This document shows positions 56,752 to 64,000 of a DNA stretch of 64,000 nucleotides, one piece after another. The translations under genes were made by a program, and so were the position numbers. The number at the start of each line of letters is the position of its first letter. Position 1 is the stretch's first letter. The stretch covers positions 1,700-65,699 of the forward strand of contig JABHNB010000007.1 of assembly GCA_018694115.1 (NCBI GenBank), in the 5' to 3' direction. Source of the stretch: an archaeon. Its GTDB lineage: Archaea > Nanobdellota > Nanobdellia > Pacearchaeales > GW2011-AR1. The notes under the pieces are model-generated. The model was not told the origin of the DNA. It searched no databases and saw nothing but the letters and a program-made list of their open reading frames with translations.

Positions 56752-57141
56752 TTAATTCTTCTTAAAGGCCCATAAAAGTAATCCGAAATAACTAAATGGT
56801 ATAGCCGCCGCAATTCCAATCACCGAAGCTATATTCGCCTGAATCGTCCCAGAGCCCAACAACGTAACCGCAACAAAACCCCCAACAACATTAACTGTTG
56901 AAGAAATTAAATAAACAATCAGATACTTTGGAATCTGGCCCCGAACAGAGCGCCCACGAGCAGAAAACGAAACATTCCGATTCATTGTAAAATTGAAGAT
57001 CATAGAAATTAAAACCCCAAAGATTCTAGAAAGAACAAATCCGGTTCCAATAAAAAAAGCCAAGTTAAAAAAAGCCAAATCTATCAAGGCACTAACTCCC
57101 CCAATAATACAAAATGTCACAAACTTCCAATATCCCTTCAT
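56752..57141 (-). CDS. GtrA-family flippase-like protein
   Basis: FVTFCIIGG..LIDL..FNFTMNRNVSF; four TMs. Confidence 0.85.
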   Translation of the reverse strand: MKGYWKFVTFCIIGGVSALIDLAFFNLAFFIGTGFVLSRIFGVLISMIFNFTMNRNVSFSARGRSVRGQIPKYLIVYLISSTVNVVGGFVAVTLLGSGTIQANIASVIGIAAAIPFSYFGLLLWAFKKN

Positions 57142-58355
57142 GCCGCCCCTCTTCCCTTCAATCTTTTTCTAAACAAGAAGAACCATAGCAAATTAATCAA
57201 AATCAAAACTCCGATTCCAATTATCAGGATTACTATTAGGGTATTACTTCCGCCCTCACCAGAAGAAATAACATAACCAAGTCCAATAACTTCCACATAA
57301 TTCTCAGCAACCTTCAATTGAACCGAGGAGATAACGCTATCATTTTCATGCCTAATCCTTACATTTGTATCATAAGTTCCAACCCTAACTCCCTTAGTGT
57401 CCCAATAGGAAACCAAAACTTCCTTAGCCAAAGCAGCAATATTATAGTTTGGAGACTTCAACTGTGCTACAACTCCACCCTCTGCATTCAGAATCTCTGT
57501 CTCAACATAAACTCCCTCCAATGGAACATCTCCCCCATTCTCGACGAGCATTTCCATCTTAGCAATATCTCCCAAACTAAAATCTCTCACTTCAATATTC
57601 TGTAATTCTAGAACACCATCACCCACATTGAAATTTTTACTGAGCATCTTTGATTCTCCATCATACATCAAAGTCACAACAGCACGATAGACTCCCCGAG
57701 GAACATTCGCATTCCATTTACTGATTAAATCCTCCTTCTGGCCGCTCGGAATAGAAACCTCCGCAGTATTAAAGCTTCCAACACTCTTATTCAAGCTATC
57801 TAATACCTCAATATTCGCACTCACCGAAACAAGATCAAACTTTCCAGCACTAACAACCGGGAGAATAAAGGTTACTTCCTTTCCTTCATTAGCTCCAACA
57901 ACCTTCAAATCAGCACTTGCGTACTTCCCAGGATAAGGAACATAAAGATGAAGTTGTGTTACAACTGCAAGTGTCGCCCTAACATAAGCCCCTGCCTCCT
58001 CCGAAGTTCCAGGTAACTGCAAAACAACAATTTCCGCAGTATGAAGTCCAGGTTCCAAGTCCCCAGGCATATTAATTACATAATTCAGGGCCTTAGAACT
58101 CTCTCCAGAAGACATTGAAATTGCAGGAGTGCTAACACTGATGTAATCCTTCAACTCACCCTGAGCAGCAATTACCAAATTCATGTCTTTTCCTTCTGAA
58201 TTCAAAACACTGAATGAAACAACTTTCGTAATCCCGGCCTCAAAATCCACAGTTGTCCTAGCTGGACTAAGTCCCAAAGCCGAAACGGAGCTAATCACAA
58301 AAAGACCCATCACCAAAACCAAAATACCAACAATAATCCTATTCTTTTTCATCAT
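57138..58355 (-). CDS. Secreted Ig/CARDB-like surface protein with C-terminal TM
   Basis: Signal peptide, GLSPART, LYVPYPGKYAS; paralog of 52808..53914. Confidence 0.65.
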   Translation of the reverse strand: MMKKNRIIVGILVLVMGLFVISSVSALGLSPARTTVDFEAGITKVVSFSVLNSEGKDMNLVIAAQGELKDYISVSTPAISMSSGESSKALNYVINMPGDLEPGLHTAEIVVLQLPGTSEEAGAYVRATLAVVTQLHLYVPYPGKYASADLKVVGANEGKEVTFILPVVSAGKFDLVSVSANIEVLDSLNKSVGSFNTAEVSIPSGQKEDLISKWNANVPRGVYRAVVTLMYDGESKMLSKNFNVGDGVLELQNIEVRDFSLGDIAKMEMLVENGGDVPLEGVYVETEILNAEGGVVAQLKSPNYNIAALAKEVLVSYWDTKGVRVGTYDTNVRIRHENDSVISSVQLKVAENYVEVIGLGYVISSGEGGSNTLIVILIIGIGVLILINLLWFFLFRKRLKGRGAA

Positions 58356-58843
58356 GCCATTCCTCCAATTAATTTAGTCCCTTCAACATTTAACTCTTCC
58401 CCATCACCAATCTCCAAACTCACCTTGTCAACTAACTCACTTCCATTATATACATCAACATTCAATCTAACGTTTCCCGCATTGACAACACCATAACTAT
58501 TTTCCATCTCCTTCAACCTCAAGTCCACGACCGACTTAATCGTTAAAGTTCTAACCTCGCTCTTAACAACACCCACAGCCTTCCAATAATATTCTCCCGG
58601 CTCAAGTGTAATCTTCAAACCATCACTAACCGCAAATTCTTCAGGACTTGTAAACTCCACATTGTCATCAATAAGTAATCTCTCGGCCTTGTCAATTGAA
58701 AATAAAATTTCACTTTCCATAGTCTCATAGTCATCAATTGGAGCAATCACCATCGGACTAACATAACCAACTAAGAAAATCAATAATATCAGAGATCCAA
58801 CTATCAATACCAAATCCAATTTTAAAACATTTTTTGATTCCAT
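58352..58843 (-). CDS. Membrane-anchored hypothetical protein (Fn3/Ig-like fragment)
   Basis: N-terminal TM; IDDNVEFTSP..LEPGEYYWKAV. Confidence 0.55.
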   Translation of the reverse strand: MESKNVLKLDLVLIVGSLILLIFLVGYVSPMVIAPIDDYETMESEILFSIDKAERLLIDDNVEFTSPEEFAVSDGLKITLEPGEYYWKAVGVVKSEVRTLTIKSVVDLRLKEMENSYGVVNAGNVRLNVDVYNGSELVDKVSLEIGDGEELNVEGTKLIGGMA

Positions 58844-61800
58844 TATTCTGCTAAAGTTGATGTAAAGATCATTAATGAGCTTTTGTCTCCAGCCCCCTCG
58901 CTTGGAGGAACCATAACGTAGACATCAATCTCTGCGCTGTCTTTACTAGCACTATAATTTAATTCATTAATCGCAACAACACTGCCAGTTATAGGTACTT
59001 GAGTCCAACTAATTGCAGATTTTAGCCAATTAAACGCCCCTTCCTCACCACTAACATTATCAATCTTAAATCTAAAGTAGTCATTAGCACTAGCATTAGA
59101 ATCCCACAAAGCAGAAGCATTAATACTAACATTCATCGAAACAGTTCCATCATTTTGGAAAATGAAAGGCAATGGGGAGTCATCCGAAGTATCATTTGTA
59201 GACGCTGCGACCATTGTTCCAAAATTAACCTCATTAGTCGTTAAACTAAACGAAATATCTGTCGTAATATTAAGTGCCCTTGTGGCAGTCCAGTCACCAA
59301 AGCCTTCACTGTCATTCGCCCTAACCTTCCAAGTATATCCATAACCATTATCCAACAAACAGATGAGATTTGTTGGAGGAATATAACTTGTGGTAGTTAG
59401 GTTCTCTTCACGATCATCACTACACGAGGCTCCACCATTATAGAGAACCTCATTGATACTTATCTCATAATCAAAGTCATCCCCATCATCATCTACCGCA
59501 GTCCAATTGAATTCAGGAGTCCTATTTGTAGTGGCAGTATTATCATCTGGCTTTGATAATGTAACTACGGGAGGGCTATTCAAAATCGTCAGATTAGAAG
59601 AATTGCTCCAATTGCTATAGAACGAAAGATCATACAATCTCATAGAACAGCTCCAATTCTCTGTCTTAGTAGTATTTCCCGAATCGAAAATATAATTAGC
59701 AATAGATCCACTAGGATAAGATCCAATATATTTATTCGTAATATTTATCACGCCATTTTTATATATATTTACATAAACATAAAGAGTATCAGCATCCAGA
59801 TCACTAACTGTAGCATAACAGTTCAAATTCTGTGCAGTCTTATTTGAACCATCAGACGAATTCAAAATCGGAGTAGGGTCTGTCGGAGCAACATTTTCAT
59901 CCTGAACATCAAAAGTTGTAAAGTGACTAACATTAAAGATTGCAGTAGTACCAGAATAACTCTGATTAGTACAAAGACTCGCTGGACAAGGCGCATACTC
60001 GCCATCATCTTCATAATCTACAATCATCTGAAGGGTGCTAACTGAAACATCTTCTAAGGTGATATTTGCAGAAACATTAAATCCTGATTGATTAGTAGTA
60101 TTCACAAAAGCCCCATATCCCGTAATCTTAATCACCTCTGATAAATTAGGTCCAGATCCATTAATAAGTCCATAGCCGGAATAACTCGCACCATTATTAT
60201 CTAAAAATTTGATCTCTCCATATCCAGTGGCAAATTTTAAATCATCTGTCACATTAAAACTAAATTGTGCCGGACTAGAATCACTGAAATTATAATCCCA
60301 AGCCACATAATTATCATACCCCATATCATTGTTGATAAAATTATTTCCACTAGAGGAATTAATATGAAATCCATCCCCATAGACATAATAATAAGGGCCA
60401 AAGTAATTATTAAAAAAGGTATTCTCATTAGAATTCCCAACATTAAACCCATCCCCATAGATATCACCATTATAATTAAAATTAAGGTACTCGAACCAAT
60501 TATAATTAGAATTATCATAAACACGAACAGCGTCCGCACTTGCATCACCAAGATCAATATCACTAAAATTATTATACTTTGAATTTCCCTGAAGCGTCAC
60601 AATTTCATAATCTGAATCATAATATGTTTCTCCCGTAAAAGTATTATAGTCCGAAGAATAAAGCCCCACACAACCATAACCACTAACAGTACAATCGTAA
60701 ACCTGGGTAGATGTAAAATTATTATTATCTGAACTATAAAGATTAACGCATGCATTATATCCGAAAGATCCATAGCAAGTCCCAAAAGTATTAGAGCTTA
60801 ACGTGTTCCAATTAGAATAATACACATTAATTCCAGAGTCATCCGAATAATAAGCGCTATTTGAATCAATAGTATTATAATCCGCATAACTTAAATAAAT
60901 TCCATAATCATTATAATCCGGCCCATTATTGTAAATAGTATTATACTCACTACCCGATTCTAAAAGAATTCCATAAGTATAACTTCCGCTAATCGAATCA
61001 ATATAGTCAATCGAATCAACACGATTATTATCCCCATAAACAACAATTCCATAACCTGAATTGACGCTATGTCCCCCATAATCAGAAGAAGACCCAGTCA
61101 AATTATTATAGTCCCCATAAACATAAGCCCCATAAACATAAGCAGAACTCGCACTAATACCTGAAGCAACATCATTCGTAGCAGTATTACTATTCCCATA
61201 AATATAAGTCCCATAAACATAACCAGATCCTCCATAAGAAATCCCGGTAGGGTTATAGTTCGACTGAAGAACATTCCCATCCCCATAGACATAGACCCCA
61301 TAACCACTATCCCCACCTGAAATACTGCTCGTAATACTATTTGAAGAAATGGCGTTGTTAGAACCCTCCACAGAATAGAAATAATTATAAGTTGACGAAA
61401 GATCTTCATTCTGCAGAGCATTATTAGTAACATTATTCCCATTCCCTGTGATACGGTAAACATACGAATAGGAGGATCCACCAAGATCATAATCATCCAT
61501 AACATTTGAGTCAATATTATTTTCATCCCCATTAACATATAACGCATAACTATCCGCAGAACCAGTACCATAACCACTTTCCCCCCGATTTCCGGAAACA
61601 TTATTATAACTTCCAATAACAAGCAATCCTCCAGTATAGGACCATCCACTAAAATTATTGTTCGTAATTGTGGAGTTAGAGTTTTCTAAGTAGAAATTAC
61701 TATACCCATAATTACTACCTGAACTATTAATAAAATTATTTGTTACAGTCCAATTCGTTCCAGAATAAGCATATATCCCATATCCACTAGCTGTCCTACC

Positions 61801-64000
61801 AACACTATTATCTGTAAAATTACAACTATCAACGACAACATGGTCCGTCGCAGTATTACCAAACTCAGGATAAAGGCCTGCATGAGTAGTATTAATTATA
61901 CTAACATTTGTAATATTAAAATAATCTGCATTATTAATCTGAACCCCATAATTAAATTTGTGAATTCCTCCATTCTTCACAACAACATTTGAATTTCCCC
62001 CACTATAAACTCCCGTATGATAATCACTCGAAGAAGAAAGTAAGCCAGTGCTATTTCCACTAATATTATATCCCGCAAGATCAACAATAACATTACTTCC
62101 GATAATCTCCAAATGACGAGAGGAAGAAAGGGAGCCACTATTAGGAGTATTAAACGTAGCATTTTCATATAAATAAAGAGTCTTTCCACTACCATTCATC
62201 TGAATATTTGCATAAGTACTACCACTGGCATTGAAATCTCCTCCAACCCGATTATTATCTCCATTAACATAAAGCGGAGTATTCGAACTATCCAAAGTAA
62301 TATTATTCAGATCAGAATCCACATCAACATAAACCGCATAAGTACCCCCACCGTAACCACTATCATATCCAGCCTCATTGTCCAAAGCAAAATTACTATC
62401 CGCATCATCAAACCAAATACACGAAGTCCCACATCCCTTAAGATCATTTTCAGAAACATTATTCCCCGTAGATCCTCCCAAATAAATTCCATAAACACTA
62501 TTCGAAACAACAGCAACCTCAGTAATATTCCCATCATTACTATTTGTATAATTGACTCCAACACCGAATCCAGTAATCGAACCATTCTTCACCCAAGTTC
62601 GGTTATAACCATTAGATAGGACACCATAGTCCGAAGAACCATCATCTCCAGAAATATTATATCCCATAAGATCAATAGTCACATTATCTGCAGTAACATT
62701 AAGACAAGTTCCAGTGGTCGCAAGATCTCCAGTTAATTGATAAACTAAATCAGGGGTATCAAGATCAAAATCACAGTCCCCAACATCTGTTCCACTCACA
62801 ACCACATTATATTCCGAAGTCGCCTGAACATTCCCCGCAATATCCACAGCATATCCCGTAAAGTTGTGCGTTTCCTCAGTCAAACCAGTAAAGTTATGAT
62901 AATAATTTACGGTTGTATTGTAAAGTGCAGCTATCTCAGTAGAATCCAACGAACGACTAAACACCATAACTTCATCAACAGATCCATTAAAATATTTATC
63001 TTGACCTCCGAGATTATCATTAGAACCAATTAACAAATCCCTTGCAGGTTGATCTATAAAATAACTTGGACCTAACTGAGTTTTTTCAAGGACCCCATTC
63101 GCATACAAAGTATAATTATTCCCATTCTTAGTTACCGAAACAAAATTCCATTCATCCTGATTTATAACCGCAGAAGAAGTAACTATTGTCTGATGAGATC
63201 CATTAAAATTATCAAAATACAATTTATAATTACTATAAGTAAAAAACCTAAAGCCCGAAGCAGGATAAGACCCTCTCGCTAAAAAGGCCCCATCATAACC
63301 CGTAACAGTTCTAGGATATATCCACGCAGTCATGGTAAAATTATTTCCAGTCAAATTCAAACTCGCTGACTGACCCAAATTAATATGATCACTAGTCCCA
63401 TCAAAACTAAACCCTTTCCCAAACTTCCCAGCATCAGTTTGCACAGCGTCGGCAACCGCAGTTCCATTATTCCCGTAGCTACTAGAATCAATAGGATCTC
63501 CCGAACCATTCAAGTTATCAAATCTCCACCAACCCAAAAGATCATTATCAAAATCAACAAATGAATAGTGATCATTACTTTCAGTCACACTCAAGTTCAC
63601 AGCAATAGCAGTAGCACTCTGCGAAGAGTCATCAGCAGGAGTCTGATTAACAAATGATGGAACAGGCAACACGCTATCCACAAAGAAATCCTCCTCCGAA
63701 GTTCCAATATTTCCGGACAAGTCTGAAGTATATCCTCTAAACTCATGTGCACCCTGAGCCAGTCCCGTTTCGGTATAAGAAATTCTGCTAGCATTATAAA
63801 GCCCTCTGATCTCATCCGATGACAAACTCTCGTTGAAGATAAGAACCTCGTCCAGAGAACCGTTAAAAAATCCAGACACAACTGCACTATGATCAGCACC
63901 AACTCTAACATCTCCGCCACTCCCAGAAAGGTCTCCATTAAAACTCGTATTCGACCCCTCCAAAACACCATCAACATAAATCCCCATCATAGAACCATTG
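58843..64000 (-). CDS. Giant surface protein (over 1715 aa; 5' end beyond the window) with LamG domains, a right-handed beta-helix and Ig-like domains
   Basis: LamG motifs LLGWWRFD..GKFGKGFSFDG..FNGSVDEVMVF; long (N-N-x-I-x-x-N) beta-helix repeats; the frame stays open to 64000 (NGS-MMGI). Confidence 0.82.
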   Translation of the reverse strand, partial: NGSMMGIYVDGVLEGSNTSFNGDLSGSGGDVRVGADHSAVVSGFFNGSLDEVLIFNESLSSDEIRGLYNASRISYTETGLAQGAHEFRGYTSDLSGNIGTSEEDFFVDSVLPVPSFVNQTPADDSSQSATAIAVNLSVTESNDHYSFVDFDNDLLGWWRFDNLNGSGDPIDSSSYGNNGTAVADAVQTDAGKFGKGFSFDGTSDHINLGQSASLNLTGNNFTMTAWIYPRTVTGYDGAFLARGSYPASGFRFFTYSNYKLYFDNFNGSHQTIVTSSAVINQDEWNFVSVTKNGNNYTLYANGVLEKTQLGPSYFIDQPARDLLIGSNDNLGGQDKYFNGSVDEVMVFSRSLDSTEIAALYNTTVNYYHNFTGLTEETHNFTGYAVDIAGNVQATSEYNVVVSGTDVGDCDFDLDTPDLVYQLTGDLATTGTCLNVTADNVTIDLMGYNISGDDGSSDYGVLSNGYNRTWVKNGSITGFGVGVNYTNSNDGNITEVAVVSNSVYGIYLGGSTGNNVSENDLKGCGTSCIWFDDADSNFALDNEAGYDSGYGGGTYAVYVDVDSDLNNITLDSSNTPLYVNGDNNRVGGDFNASGSTYANIQMNGSGKTLYLYENATFNTPNSGSLSSSRHLEIIGSNVIVDLAGYNISGNSTGLLSSSSDYHTGVYSGGNSNVVVKNGGIHKFNYGVQINNADYFNITNVSIINTTHAGLYPEFGNTATDHVVVDSCNFTDNSVGRTASGYGIYAYSGTNWTVTNNFINSSGSNYGYSNFYLENSNSTITNNNFSGWSYTGGLLVIGSYNNVSGNRGESGYGTGSADSYALYVNGDENNIDSNVMDDYDLGGSSYSYVYRITGNGNNVTNNALQNEDLSSTYNYFYSVEGSNNAISSNSITSSISGGDSGYGVYVYGDGNVLQSNYNPTGISYGGSGYVYGTYIYGNSNTATNDVASGISASSAYVYGAYVYGDYNNLTGSSSDYGGHSVNSGYGIVVYGDNNRVDSIDYIDSISGSYTYGILLESGSEYNTIYNNGPDYNDYGIYLSYADYNTIDSNSAYYSDDSGINVYYSNWNTLSSNTFGTCYGSFGYNACVNLYSSDNNNFTSTQVYDCTVSGYGCVGLYSSDYNTFTGETYYDSDYEIVTLQGNSKYNNFSDIDLGDASADAVRVYDNSNYNWFEYLNFNYNGDIYGDGFNVGNSNENTFFNNYFGPYYYVYGDGFHINSSSGNNFINNDMGYDNYVAWDYNFSDSSPAQFSFNVTDDLKFATGYGEIKFLDNNGASYSGYGLINGSGPNLSEVIKITGYGAFVNTTNQSGFNVSANITLEDVSVSTLQMIVDYEDDGEYAPCPASLCTNQSYSGTTAIFNVSHFTTFDVQDENVAPTDPTPILNSSDGSNKTAQNLNCYATVSDLDADTLYVYVNIYKNGVINITNKYIGSYPSGSIANYIFDSGNTTKTENWSCSMRLYDLSFYSNWSNSSNLTILNSPPVVTLSKPDDNTATTNRTPEFNWTAVDDDGDDFDYEISINEVLYNGGASCSDDREENLTTTSYIPPTNLICLLDNGYGYTWKVRANDSEGFGDWTATRALNITTDISFSLTTNEVNFGTMVAASTNDTSDDSPLPFIFQNDGTVSMNVSINASALWDSNASANDYFRFKIDNVSGEEGAFNWLKSAISWTQVPITGSVVAINELNYSASKDSAEIDVYVMVPPSEGAGDKSSLMIFTSTLAE

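Noticed and set aside
59162-63977. Multiple short ORFs overlapping the giant surface gene
   Set aside because: Alternative-frame or antisense by-products of low-complexity Asn/Tyr/Ser coding sequence.
1-64000. CRISPR array, rRNA, integrase or transposase, tRNA introns
   Set aside because: No regularly spaced repeat-spacer array, rRNA-like stretch or catalytic recombinase motif seen; all five tRNAs are intron-less.

Overview
A 64 kb chromosomal segment of a small-genome DPANN archaeon, most consistent with Pacearchaeota/Woesearchaeota (inference from fused RpoA'/A'', archaeal-type translation genes and gene style). Left part: core transcription/translation operon (rpoH-rpoB-fused rpoA-L30e-nusA-[Ada-like Zn finger]-rps12-rps7-EF-2). 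It is followed by a compact dNTP-supply cluster (thyA, kinase-dCMP deaminase fusion, dut, NAD kinase, nrdG, nrdD, nrdR, tmk). Middle: RFC large and small subunits with an inserted Nudix gene, eL41, five tRNAs, endA, rpS17e, Alba, Sm, RNase Z, GlyRS, and three tandem WaaA-like glycosyltransferases. Right third: a large cell-surface locus (AbrB-like regulator, cadherin-like/LamG/beta-helix surface proteins, MoxR-DUF58-vWA, GT2/GT-C/GtrA). Top finding: the class III ribonucleotide reductase appears split. The 726-aa NrdD stops after its Zn site and lacks the glycyl-radical loop. That loop (SRVCGYLRP) is encoded by a separate 40-aa ORF missing from the ORF track (15440..15562, minus strand), which has its own perfect Shine-Dalgarno sequence and lies between nrdD and nrdG. 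Tandem NrdR boxes sit just downstream of the archaeal TATA box of the same operon. No CRISPR array, rRNA or intact mobile element was seen.
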